Below are positions 30,699 through 40,281 of a DNA stretch of 64,000 nt, piece after piece. Source of the stretch: a virus; the IMG/VR virus record IMGVR_UViG_3300010149_000010. The stretch is one strand, 5' to 3'. The position numbers were made by a program, and so were the translations under genes. The notes under the pieces are model-generated. The model had not been told where the DNA came from and searched no databases. It worked only from the letters and a program-made list of their open reading frames with translations. Positions within the stretch are counted from its first letter, which is position 1, and every line of letters starts with the position of its first letter.

Positions 30699-31759
30699 TT
30701 CCTGTTGCCTCGTTTTATTTGAGTGTACTCAAGATCAGTAAAAGGAGTGAAACCATGCTTATATTTGTTTTCTCCAAAAGCCCTGTATTTTGAATTTTGG
30801 CTAGGCTGAACATATCCTTCCACCCAAGGGTCGTGCCATTCTCTCGAAGTTTGGTACCCCCTTGATTTTCTGCTTTTTTCCGCAAATGCAGGCCCCAGAC
30901 CCTGTCCATTTACAATACACCCTCCTGCATTTACGACCCTCCACCATTCATCTCTTTCAGCTTTTAGCTCTTTGATTAAATCTTTAAGTTCAAAGTCTAA
31001 GCTATCTTTGTTTTGAATCATCAAATCTCCAAGTTGTTTCTGCTTGCCATCGGAACCTGCAGTTCCTATTGGCATACTAAACAACCTCAAAGCCGCATCG
31101 TACATCACAAACCTGCTTCTTGCAAAATAGTACCTCTCAGAATTTGGCTTTCTTCCTGTTATGTTGTCTGCCTCTAGGGAAGACCAGTGAATCGATAACG
31201 CTATTGTATCGTCAGGCACACTGTTAGCCCAGCCACCCATTTCCATTCTTAACATCTCTACTGATGCATAAAACGGATTGTACTCTGTAGTGAAGAATAG
31301 GTTGTAATCTTTCAGTAAAGCGTTTCCGTCTACATCTTTTATGTCTTTCAAATTGATCAACACTAGGCTGTTAAAATCTAAACCGCATTTAGGTTGGATT
31401 ACATTGCCTCCTCCAATTACTTGTAGCTCGCTTTCAAAAACAATGTTTTCTCCCAAAAGGCCTACAGTCCAAAAATCTTTCCAAGTTCCCTTTTGGTTAA
31501 AAGAAAAAGCTACATAATAGAATCCAACATCTATTTTCGTCACTTGCAATCCGGGATCAACAACGTTTCCATCTGGATCTTCAAAAATAACTGTGGCCCC
31601 GTTTATATCGCTGGGCTTCCCGCAACTGTCAGTAAAAAGCATTTTTAATTTTACTTCCTCACCAACAGTGAAGCATTGACGTTCACATTTAATCTTTTTA
31701 GTTTTTTTTGGAACTTGAATAGGGGTTCCGCAATTTTCATTTTTGTTAGAGCAGCTCAT
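30695..31759 (-). CDS. Head-tail adaptor (neck) protein (354 aa) with N-terminal Ig-like domain
   Basis: Position after capsid genes; GFYY...F...GTWKDFW beta-rich N-terminus; helical C-terminus with KQLGDL. Confidence 0.5.
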   Translation of the reverse strand: MSCSNKNENCGTPIQVPKKTKKIKCERQCFTVGEEVKLKMLFTDSCGKPSDINGATVIFEDPDGNVVDPGLQVTKIDVGFYYVAFSFNQKGTWKDFWTVGLLGENIVFESELQVIGGGNVIQPKCGLDFNSLVLINLKDIKDVDGNALLKDYNLFFTTEYNPFYASVEMLRMEMGGWANSVPDDTIALSIHWSSLEADNITGRKPNSERYYFARSRFVMYDAALRLFSMPIGTAGSDGKQKQLGDLMIQNKDSLDFELKDLIKELKAERDEWWRVVNAGGCIVNGQGLGPAFAEKSRKSRGYQTSREWHDPWVEGYVQPSQNSKYRAFGENKYKHGFTPFTDLEYTQIKRGNRK

Positions 31760-31772
31760 GATACACCTTAGC

Positions 31773-32969
31773 TTATATTTCCAAAGTTATAGTGTCTCCA
31801 GACACCGAAATGATTTTAAAAACTTTCTGCGGCCGATTAGATCTAGTCCCACCAGATCCGTCAAAAACACCACTGACAGAATGTGACTCAAGGGTTACGC
31901 TTTCTTGGGTCACACTTGCTGGGTCTATTTCTTTGTTAAATTTAATAAAGATTTTATTTAAATCTAACCTGACATTTACTTCTCCATCCGCAGGATTCAT
32001 AGATAAGACCTCAACCCTTTCTTCAGCTGGAGCGCCAATCGAGTCAGGTAGAAGTAATCCGCCAGGAGCAATAGGGCTTGTAGAGCTGTGCTCCGGATAT
32101 TCAAAGATTGAATCAGTGCCTGTGTTAAACTGTATGGTAAAAGATTGTTCTAATAATTCTTTACCGTGACAATCCACTTTAAATCTCTCACCTACTTCGT
32201 ACTCAGCAAGCTCAAATTTTATTAGAACCCCTTTTGAAGTCACTCTCCACCTTTGAACGCACCTACTCAGCCTAGAGTTCCATAAACTGTGAGCTGGGTT
32301 GTTAGGTTCTTCTTCTCCATCAAACCACCAAACGTACTTGGCTGAAGACCCGTTTCCAGGAGTTACAATCTTTATGTTTAGCTTAGCTTCATTCTCACCA
32401 CTCAAGGGTTCAAAAGACCCTTTTGATCTTAACCTTTTTGATTCAGATTTTTGTAAACCATCAAAATAGTAAGCATCAAATACTGTTCTTTCTGATATGC
32501 AATTGCTTTGACTGTATGCTGCTAATTCAGCAGGTACATTTTCTAAGTTGTCTAAGTTTTCTCCACAAATAAATAAATTATAACTTGTATTAATTTTAAG
32601 CGGATTTTTCGGTGTAACCACTAAGACTGTAAATGAATCGACCTCAACTTTTGATATTAATTTTTGAGAATCTATTACTTTTAATTCTTCCAGGTTGTTT
32701 ACTAAAAAGCTTTCAAACTCACACTCAACAAATCCTTTGAAACCTGGAGAATTCAAGAAGAACGGATTGGTACCATCAGAACGATTCAACCACAGCCCAT
32801 TATCAGGACCAGAAGTTTTATCACTATCAGGACCGTAAAGTATCACGCTTTCTTTAGCGGCCTTAAGGTCTAAAGGTTTATTAAATACTAATACTATTTC
32901 TTGACCAATAGGAAACTGATTCTCGTTATTTGTTGGGTAACTTTGGTCTGGATGGAATGTTATTCCCAT
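31773..32969 (-). CDS. Virion protein with bacterial Ig-like (Big_5-type) domains (398 aa)
   Basis: YPTNNE..FPIGQEIVLVFNKPLD and SMNPADGEVNVRLD..IFIKFNKEIDPASVT Ig-like motifs. Confidence 0.6.
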   Translation of the reverse strand: MGITFHPDQSYPTNNENQFPIGQEIVLVFNKPLDLKAAKESVILYGPDSDKTSGPDNGLWLNRSDGTNPFFLNSPGFKGFVECEFESFLVNNLEELKVIDSQKLISKVEVDSFTVLVVTPKNPLKINTSYNLFICGENLDNLENVPAELAAYSQSNCISERTVFDAYYFDGLQKSESKRLRSKGSFEPLSGENEAKLNIKIVTPGNGSSAKYVWWFDGEEEPNNPAHSLWNSRLSRCVQRWRVTSKGVLIKFELAEYEVGERFKVDCHGKELLEQSFTIQFNTGTDSIFEYPEHSSTSPIAPGGLLLPDSIGAPAEERVEVLSMNPADGEVNVRLDLNKIFIKFNKEIDPASVTQESVTLESHSVSGVFDGSGGTRSNRPQKVFKIISVSGDTITLEI

Positions 32970-33132
32970 TGTCTTCTCCTTCAGTGGTTACTTCTGTTAC
33001 TACAGGTATTTCAATTTTAACAAATTTTCCTTCTGTCTCTATTTCAAAATTATACTCCTCCTTATCTTCAAAATTAAAGCTCTCTTTAATAAGGATTTCC
33101 AATTCAGTTAGCCCGTTTTTAAATAAACCCAT
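32926..33132 (-). CDS. Small acidic hypothetical protein (68 aa; start re-assigned from the track)
   Basis: GGAG RBS 9 nt before the ATG at 33132; the longer track start would run through the terminator at 33150-33192. Confidence 0.45.
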   Translation of the reverse strand: MGLFKNGLTELEILIKESFNFEDKEEYNFEIETEGKFVKIEIPVVTEVTTEGEDNGNNIPSRPKLPNK

Positions 33133-33149
33133 TATTACAAACTCCATAA

Positions 33150-33192
33150 ACAATAAAAGGGAATGAAAGCCTTTGAGCTCCCATCCCCTTTT
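33150..33192 (-). terminator. Intrinsic terminator after the major capsid gene
   Basis: Minus strand AAAAGGGGATGGGAGC-TCAAAG-GCTTTCATTCCCTTTT then ATTGTTT; long stem with G-U pairs and a U-rich tail. Confidence 0.7.
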
Positions 33193-33239
33193 ATACAAAA
33201 GTAACCTTACCAAATCAATGGTAGTCAAAAAGCCTTTGA

Positions 33240-34586
33240 CTAGAGGTTAGACTTTACATCACTTTCTTCGATGTCAAGAAGATCTCCAACCTGAGCGTTA
33301 ACCGACCCATCATACTCATTGAGAGCACGCTTGACGTTCTTGAAGACGCCAACGCCTTGACCCTCATGCGCTACTGCAAAACCGTAACGCTCACGAATCT
33401 TTACCTTTACGGTCTCGGTGCCCTCATCGCGCCACTCAACAGTAGTAGCGTCTTCATCAACAAGGTGGAAACCAACATTTCCACTAGAGAGAAGGAAGAT
33501 GTCGCCAGTCTCAGTCTCAGGATCATAAGGACAGAGAGGAGACACAATGATCTGGAAGCCAAACGGGAAATATGACGGAAGCTTAGGGGCAGAAGTCATC
33601 TGCTGGCTGCGCTCAAGTACAGAGGTAACTGCACCGCCATTAGAGCCTTGACCGCTACTGCCAATGCCGCGAGGATTGACAACGCGAGTACCGTTGCTAG
33701 GTCCTCGTGCACCAAGAGCACCGTTACTATAGGGGTCGCGAGGACCTGGATCACCAGTGTAAGGGTTGAAGATAGAACCACCACCATGTGCAAGCATCAT
33801 AGTCTTCATTACGGGATCTTGAATAAAGGTGTAGTAAAAGAGTGGATGCATAAGTAGGGTATCAGGGGTGAAACCTTCCTCGCTCATGTGAGCCATAGCA
33901 CGCATGAGGTTCTCCATAGTCATTGAACCATTAGCGACAAGCTTCGGAGTGCCAGCGACCTCTTTAACGCCGCGACCAGTGCATACACCATAAAGTGAGC
34001 TAGCAGGCTGGAGGTTGTCAAAAAGTGAAGTACCAAGCTGCTTAAGGAAAGCTACGGCCTTCTGCTCCTTGTGGCGAACCATCGCATTACCCATGAGCTC
34101 AAGATTCTTCGCCATAATATCAAACGTACTATAACGAAGAGCTTCGTCAGTAAAAGAAGCAGCAATACCACTCTTGCCGATGAATGCAGTCGAAACAGCG
34201 CCACCCATTTGGAAGTTTACTTCTGGGTAGGTGCCTGACTCTTGTACATCCGCAGCATAAACTGCACCCATAGCACCAGCAAGAATCTGAGTATTCAGCC
34301 CCTTAGCTTGGATTCGAGTGAACAGTGGCGTAATGTTCATCCGAGGCTCTACAGGCTCTCGTATGAGAATCTCCATAGACTGCTGGAGCAAAGGAGAGAT
34401 CTCTGAAGAAGAGATTGCATCACGATTCTTAGGAGAAATTACGTTTACAAACTCATTCCAAGTAACCATCTCTTCACTATCAGGAAGATGACCACGGTTA
34501 TGAATCATATCAGCTACGTAACGAGCAGCAGCTTTCTTATTGTTTGGAAGCTCTAGGGTGTTTCCATCTGTTAGTTTAAATGCCAT
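33240..34586 (-). CDS. Major capsid protein (448 aa, HK97-type)
   Basis: Position after the protease and a second head gene; KSGIAASFTDEAL, PDTLLMHP, KIRERYGF motifs; biased codon use; RBS AAGGA; followed by a terminator. Confidence 0.85.
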   Translation of the reverse strand: MAFKLTDGNTLELPNNKKAAARYVADMIHNRGHLPDSEEMVTWNEFVNVISPKNRDAISSSEISPLLQQSMEILIREPVEPRMNITPLFTRIQAKGLNTQILAGAMGAVYAADVQESGTYPEVNFQMGGAVSTAFIGKSGIAASFTDEALRYSTFDIMAKNLELMGNAMVRHKEQKAVAFLKQLGTSLFDNLQPASSLYGVCTGRGVKEVAGTPKLVANGSMTMENLMRAMAHMSEEGFTPDTLLMHPLFYYTFIQDPVMKTMMLAHGGGSIFNPYTGDPGPRDPYSNGALGARGPSNGTRVVNPRGIGSSGQGSNGGAVTSVLERSQQMTSAPKLPSYFPFGFQIIVSPLCPYDPETETGDIFLLSSGNVGFHLVDEDATTVEWRDEGTETVKVKIRERYGFAVAHEGQGVGVFKNVKRALNEYDGSVNAQVGDLLDIEESDVKSNL

Positions 34587-34611
34587 GATAAATATCCTTT
34601 ATATTAATTTA

Positions 34612-35937
34612 TTACTGAATCTTGACGTTAACAATTGCGATTTCGTCAGCAATAACTTCATCTGAAAGAGTAATCAAATCAGAGAAGCCCTTCGTAGCAG
34701 AACCAGGCATCTTAGCATCAGCGCCAAACTCCTCGCCCTTCCAACCAGTGCGAACGCGCTCAAGAAGACCACGAGGCTCCTTCTGGAGCTCAAGGAGTCG
34801 ACCAACAGTAAGCTCTTGCTCGCGTTGAAGCTTGCCAAGACCAGCCTCAATATCTCCCTCTGTGCCACCCGCTACAAGAGACAACCAGTTCAAACTTCGA
34901 GCAACAAAGTTAGAGTTCTCGTCAAATGTAACAAAATCACCAGGCTTGCAATCACCAACAAAGTGCATCATCTGCTCTTGAGCAGAAGCAGCACCTGCAT
35001 AATCAAATGCAGTAAGGGCAGTAAGGGCATCACCGTTAGCATCAATAGGAGCCTGTGCAGCGCCAGCAGCTTGGAAGAAAATTACTCGACCTGCGTCGCC
35101 ATCAAGATACCAGTCGCCAGCCTTCACTAAAAGGCCAATGTCGCTACGTTCACGGCCAGACCAGGCACCCTGAGCGGTCTCAGCAACAACTGGAGTTCTA
35201 GAAGTATGTGAAGCAAGCTTGCTGGTCCACTCGTAAGCCATACTTGCTGACATATCCAGATGCGAATAGCGATGAAGTGCACCAAGTTGCGCGCCTGACT
35301 TCAAAGTATTAGCTCCAAACACATCTTCAGCCGTTGCATCACAAACATGACCAACGCGCATTTGGATATCAGTAAAGAACTGAATGAGGTGTTGCTTCTG
35401 GTAGTTAGTGAAATGAAGGTTCGCTGGGTCATCACCAGCCCAAGCATAAACGTCATAAGCAGCCACACCAACAGGTGCGCTAATGAAAAGTGCGCCAACA
35501 GCTTGGCAAGACGCATCGTCGTCAGTGGGGACCTCGTCAGTTATAACCCAACCGTGACTAATAACAGCAACCATTGCGTCTTCGTTTTTGACAACTTTCG
35601 CAGCAGTAACGAAATCACCGGTTTCAATGTCAATCACTCTAGCCTTCACATCTTCAGCCGTGTACTCAATGAAAGTATCGCCTTTAGCGCCCTCAAGTCT
35701 GCGGAGCAGGCCTGCTGGAACGACTCGACCAGTTGAATCAAACGAAACAACCTTCCCAGAAGAAATAGTAAAGTAATCTTTAGAGGCTTCATTTTGCCAG
35801 ATTACAGGTAACCAAGAAGCAGGTTTCCATTCACCTGCAGGGACTGAAGCATTCATTTGAACGGTATTGTTAGGAGTGATGTTATCCATCATATCCGTTC
35901 TAACTTTAAATGCACTTTGGAATCGACTAATAGCCAT
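34612..35937 (-). CDS. Abundant head protein, probable capsid decoration/stabiliser (441 aa)
   Basis: Between protease and capsid genes; RBS AGGAG; same GC-richer codon bias as the capsid gene; GDFVTFDENSNFV motif. Confidence 0.55.
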   Translation of the reverse strand: MAISRFQSAFKVRTDMMDNITPNNTVQMNASVPAGEWKPASWLPVIWQNEASKDYFTISSGKVVSFDSTGRVVPAGLLRRLEGAKGDTFIEYTAEDVKARVIDIETGDFVTAAKVVKNEDAMVAVISHGWVITDEVPTDDDASCQAVGALFISAPVGVAAYDVYAWAGDDPANLHFTNYQKQHLIQFFTDIQMRVGHVCDATAEDVFGANTLKSGAQLGALHRYSHLDMSASMAYEWTSKLASHTSRTPVVAETAQGAWSGRERSDIGLLVKAGDWYLDGDAGRVIFFQAAGAAQAPIDANGDALTALTAFDYAGAASAQEQMMHFVGDCKPGDFVTFDENSNFVARSLNWLSLVAGGTEGDIEAGLGKLQREQELTVGRLLELQKEPRGLLERVRTGWKGEEFGADAKMPGSATKGFSDLITLSDEVIADEIAIVNVKIQ

Positions 35938-35968
35938 AATTCATCTCCTAAGTTTTGTGTTCTTTTAA

Positions 35969-38761
35969 TTAAAAGTTATTTGGGTTGAAACCACGAGGTA
36001 AGTAATTAGATTTAGAATAAAGATAGTTGTCTGCAGCATCTTTCCCATTGTCAGATAGAATAGTCTTGTAGTCCATTACGATCTTCTGCTCAAACGCACC
36101 TAATGCATCGTAGCTAGATCTGCTTGAATATTCCTCTTCGCTTGCATGGGCTGAAGGACTTGTTACTTTATCCATATTAGAGAGTACCTTTTCAGACATT
36201 GAAAAAACTTTTTCCGTTTCTTTTTCTAGTATTAATACTTTTTCATCTTCATTTTCAACTAAATCTTCATTTTTTTCAATAGTAACACTTAAATCACTGT
36301 CACTTCCAACTGAATTTAATTTATTATTTTCAATAAAAGCGACTACAGTTTTAAATTTATTTTCTAGATCGTAATACTGTTCTTTTAAATTGTCAATTTT
36401 TTTAAGTAGTTTCAATGTTTCTTCTGAAGCGTCGCAGTCCATTATCGATGCTTTCTCATCTACACTAAGAAGCACTCTCGCTTTGACATTTTCTGGAAAT
36501 TTAGATCTCTCAATTAAATCTCTTGCTGCAATAACGTGAGCACAGTCATGAATTGGAAATGATCTTTCTGGTCCACAAAAAGCAGAATCAGGCAAACTAT
36601 TCCTTGCTTCAGCAGTCAGCTGCAAACCCTCTTTCATTGTCAACGCGCTTAAGGCAAGATCAAGAATTTGCCAATCAATTTCAACTTTATCGTCTTGATC
36701 TAAAGTATCTTCTTCAAAGTAAGATTCGTCATGCTCTTCTTGTTCCTCTTCATTCGGTTCTGAAACTTCTTCTTCAAGGTCAAGTTCCAAGCCCACTTCT
36801 TCTTCACTTAATATCTTTTCACTCATGTTAAAGTCCTTTTTGGGTTTATCCATTTTTTCAGATGATTTTTTTGAATGTCCAGCAGGCAGCAAATCGTTGT
36901 CTTGCCTGTACTTTGGGTTTGAAGGGCTGCCACTCCTTACCAACTTTAAGAAAGCGTTAACTCTAGCAACACCCCACCCAGATCGCGACATGTTCGGTCT
37001 GTGAGTCGATGAGAAAGCACCAGCCCCTCTTCGATAAACTGCTTTTAGCATGCCTAGTGTAACTTTCTTACCTTTTTCTTTTCCATATTTTTCGTTATGG
37101 GCTTTTAGCTTTTCTTTTAAAGAATTTAAAACTGAGCCTACTTCAATCTTGGAACTCGCTTTAGACGCAGACCCTTCTTTGTTTTTCTTGGACCCTTTAA
37201 TTCTTTCACTAGGTTTTGCTGGAGTTTTGGCACCCTTACCCTTTGGCGAAGACTTATAAGCATCAAGATCGTAATCTCCAATCATAGTTACTTCACTTTC
37301 ATTATCGTTGGCTGCGCTTACCTTTATTGCCCAATCGATTCCTGAGGTCCCTCCCCAGCCCAACCACGCAACATAGCCTCTGTCTTTCCATGGTTCAGAC
37401 TTGAATTTTGGATCAACTGCTGCATTTTTTCTATGCCTGTTAAAAGCAGACATTCTTTTTACTGTAGACAAACCAATTTCGCTTTTGGTAGCAAGTTGTC
37501 TTGCTCTTGCCCAACCAACAGGCGTCATACCTTTTACTTCTGAGCCTTTCTCCTCTTTCCATTTTAGAACCTTTTGCGCATTCCCTCTTGCGCCAGAAGG
37601 TACTTTGAATGTTTTTTCATCCAGAAGCTCCTCCACGAGTTCTTCCAGTTGCACATACTCCTCTACAAAAGCTTCCTCATCTACGCTTCGCATGCTTCCA
37701 GAATACGTAACCTTGATGATCATTGTGTCTTTATCACCCTTTTGAGTGATGAAAGTTTCTCCACTTTTATGCAAATCATTCATTTGCTTTTCTGAAATGG
37801 CCATTTTGTGATCGTACTGCTTTTCTACTTTTTGACTTTTACTTTCTTCTTCTTCTTTTTCGGCTTCACCTTCGTAGGCATCGATTTGTTCGGTTGCTTG
37901 TAGCTCATTATGGTTCCTTAATGTATAAATAGAATCGCTCATTAAAATATCTTCTTTAAATGAATAGTTGTCTGCTAAGTTTTTATCATCTATATTGTCG
38001 GATAGTTCCATATTGACGATTTGAGATAGGTCGTCTGCAGGAGTATTTACTACTGAGCCTTCTAGGACTATGAAGTCGCCTGTTATAAATACGCAAGTCT
38101 CTCCGTCATATTTTTTGCCATGTCGATGCTCGCACATTCCATCCGTAACCCAATCTTGACTACAGATACTACAAACGTGCCTGTCTGTAGTGGACCCTGC
38201 GCTAAACGTCATGTAACGACCGTCTAAGAACTTTTTAATAGATTCTTCATCTAGTATATTAGCTTGAACTCTCATTCTTCCAAGACCGGGCCATTGCTTG
38301 TTGTCTATTAAGTTCAATTTTTTTAACGTGGTGTATATTTTGTCTGGCTCGTCGTCTACAAAAGCGTTATGTATATTCAACATTGCTTCGTTTGAATTTA
38401 AAAACGTAGAAGCATCTTCTGTTAAGCTCTGCCACTCCCCACCAACAAACCGACCTATTGGTTCACCTGATTGGTCGTGATTTTTTAATATTGGTTTGGG
38501 ATACGGATGGACTAACGAATCAATTCCTTTTTGCTGCCCTTTAGTAGAGTAAATCCTGTTGTTTATTCTACGTCCAGAGTGAGAAAGATCGTAAGTTATT
38601 ATAAGTCCTTTTTTATACTTGTCAGCGCTTTCTAGTAAATTATCAATAGCAATAATCTTCTCAGCTTTATTCAAAGACAGTATGTTTCTATCAGGATTTA
38701 TTTGTATAAAGTCGTTGTACTTGATAAATTTGTTCATTTTTAACCTCTCGGGATTAAACAT
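35969..38761 (-). CDS. Prohead protease-scaffold (930 aa) with three inserted small domains
   Basis: SHSG..NNRIY...KPILKNHD...PIGR...TFSAG...CSIC...CEH...C...EGSVVNTPAD protease domain; acidic coiled C-terminus; follows the portal gene. Confidence 0.8.
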   Translation of the reverse strand: MFNPERLKMNKFIKYNDFIQINPDRNILSLNKAEKIIAIDNLLESADKYKKGLIITYDLSHSGRRINNRIYSTKGQQKGIDSLVHPYPKPILKNHDQSGEPIGRFVGGEWQSLTEDASTFLNSNEAMLNIHNAFVDDEPDKIYTTLKKLNLIDNKQWPGLGRMRVQANILDEESIKKFLDGRYMTFSAGSTTDRHVCSICSQDWVTDGMCEHRHGKKYDGETCVFITGDFIVLEGSVVNTPADDLSQIVNMELSDNIDDKNLADNYSFKEDILMSDSIYTLRNHNELQATEQIDAYEGEAEKEEEESKSQKVEKQYDHKMAISEKQMNDLHKSGETFITQKGDKDTMIIKVTYSGSMRSVDEEAFVEEYVQLEELVEELLDEKTFKVPSGARGNAQKVLKWKEEKGSEVKGMTPVGWARARQLATKSEIGLSTVKRMSAFNRHRKNAAVDPKFKSEPWKDRGYVAWLGWGGTSGIDWAIKVSAANDNESEVTMIGDYDLDAYKSSPKGKGAKTPAKPSERIKGSKKNKEGSASKASSKIEVGSVLNSLKEKLKAHNEKYGKEKGKKVTLGMLKAVYRRGAGAFSSTHRPNMSRSGWGVARVNAFLKLVRSGSPSNPKYRQDNDLLPAGHSKKSSEKMDKPKKDFNMSEKILSEEEVGLELDLEEEVSEPNEEEQEEHDESYFEEDTLDQDDKVEIDWQILDLALSALTMKEGLQLTAEARNSLPDSAFCGPERSFPIHDCAHVIAARDLIERSKFPENVKARVLLSVDEKASIMDCDASEETLKLLKKIDNLKEQYYDLENKFKTVVAFIENNKLNSVGSDSDLSVTIEKNEDLVENEDEKVLILEKETEKVFSMSEKVLSNMDKVTSPSAHASEEEYSSRSSYDALGAFEQKIVMDYKTILSDNGKDAADNYLYSKSNYLPRGFNPNNF

Positions 38762-38778
38762 ATCTTAATATATTTATA

Positions 38779-40266
38779 TTAGTAGTTTTCAAGTATTTTC
38801 AATATATCAGATATATTATCTGTATTCTTTATCTTTTCGTATAAATTCTTATCACTTTCAGTAATCTTTGGACTAGTTTTCTGACCGTGTTGATTTTCTG
38901 GTTTAGAAATGTTGTTGCTGACATTTAATTGAGCATTACTTTTCTTTTTCGGATAAAGAATTTCATATAACTCTTCTTTATCTTTTTCTTGAATTGGCCT
39001 TTCACCTAGCTTGACTCTTGCTTCCGTTTCCGAAAGTAAATTGTTCAACCAAAGCTGAATTACTTGATTTTCTAACTTAATTTTTTCTTCTTTATCTACA
39101 GCGCCAAATTTTATATAAACCATTCTGTCAGGATTGACTATGGCATCTTGATATCCGCCCTCACATAGCAATTCGTTAATTATATACGTTTCAACAAAAG
39201 TCTTAACATTCCTTTGCAACGCTTCTACATCTTGAATTGCTATTTTTGAAAGTGCATTTGCAGTACTTCTATTGGCTGAATCTCCTTCACCCATATCCAT
39301 TGGAGTTACTCCTAGTCCTGCGTAAACTCTTTTTTTAAAATAATCTAAGTATTCTTTTATTCTTAGAGCTTTTCCTTCAGAACCAATAGCTGATATCTTA
39401 TGCCTATGGTCAGAAACAAAAATACCACCCGAAGGCATGTACTCTATTGTATTTCGGACAAGGTCTGATTCTTTTGTTCCGTCAGGACCGTACCTTTCTG
39501 GCATCGTATCACTTCCCACAGTATAGTGGTACAATGGATGAAGGTTCGAATCTATCATTTCTTCAATGTTTTCTTCTAGTCTTCTTAAAAGAGCAACATC
39601 TTCTAGAACTGGTAGTATTTCTGGCGTTCCCATAGTGAACCCAGGTTTTTTATTCGTATAAAAGTGTATGATATCGCTTGGCGAAAATTCTTTGCTTTCA
39701 GAATTACCTGGCTGCTTTTGTAAGATTTTTTTTAATTCTCCGTTTTTCTTTAATTTAAACCATAATGTTTCAAAAGGTAAAATGAAATAACCGGCCACAG
39801 GTTCTATTTCTTTTTCTCCTCGCTTAAGTACATTTCCAGAAGATGCATCTTTATTTCTAGTCTTTACCCAAGCACAATTACTATATCTGACTAAGTCATG
39901 CGCCAAGTCCGCCATTAACAAATTGAAAGGTACGCCTGAGACCGTTTCTATCTCTTTAATTCTATAATTAATATATTTAACAGTTTCTTTATCGTTACCT
40001 ACAAACTCCCACCCAGCTAAAATAAACCTTTGCACTTTTTTCTGTATCGCTTTAAATAAAAAAGCGTCAGTGTCTTGCGCTATCTGTATTTCTGTAAGAT
40101 CGTATTCAGGTTTAAACCAACGTCCCCTATGCCTATCTGCATATGACATTGCTCTGCCGTTAATTTTTTTAACTTTAACGCCGGAAAGTTTTGCACCTTG
40201 AATCGGTACATTTCGATCTTTGTTAGATATAGCGTTCAACATGTTTTCAAAATCGACTGCTTTCAT
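38779..40266 (-). CDS. Portal protein (495 aa)
   Basis: DLVRYSNCAWVK, FSPSDIIHF, GTPEILPVL, VYAGLGV..MDMG, LLSETEARVKLG portal-type motifs; position upstream of the protease. Confidence 0.85.
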   Translation of the reverse strand: MKAVDFENMLNAISNKDRNVPIQGAKLSGVKVKKINGRAMSYADRHRGRWFKPEYDLTEIQIAQDTDAFLFKAIQKKVQRFILAGWEFVGNDKETVKYINYRIKEIETVSGVPFNLLMADLAHDLVRYSNCAWVKTRNKDASSGNVLKRGEKEIEPVAGYFILPFETLWFKLKKNGELKKILQKQPGNSESKEFSPSDIIHFYTNKKPGFTMGTPEILPVLEDVALLRRLEENIEEMIDSNLHPLYHYTVGSDTMPERYGPDGTKESDLVRNTIEYMPSGGIFVSDHRHKISAIGSEGKALRIKEYLDYFKKRVYAGLGVTPMDMGEGDSANRSTANALSKIAIQDVEALQRNVKTFVETYIINELLCEGGYQDAIVNPDRMVYIKFGAVDKEEKIKLENQVIQLWLNNLLSETEARVKLGERPIQEKDKEELYEILYPKKKSNAQLNVSNNISKPENQHGQKTSPKITESDKNLYEKIKNTDNISDILKILENY

Positions 40267-40281
40267 TTTGTTTCCTTATAA

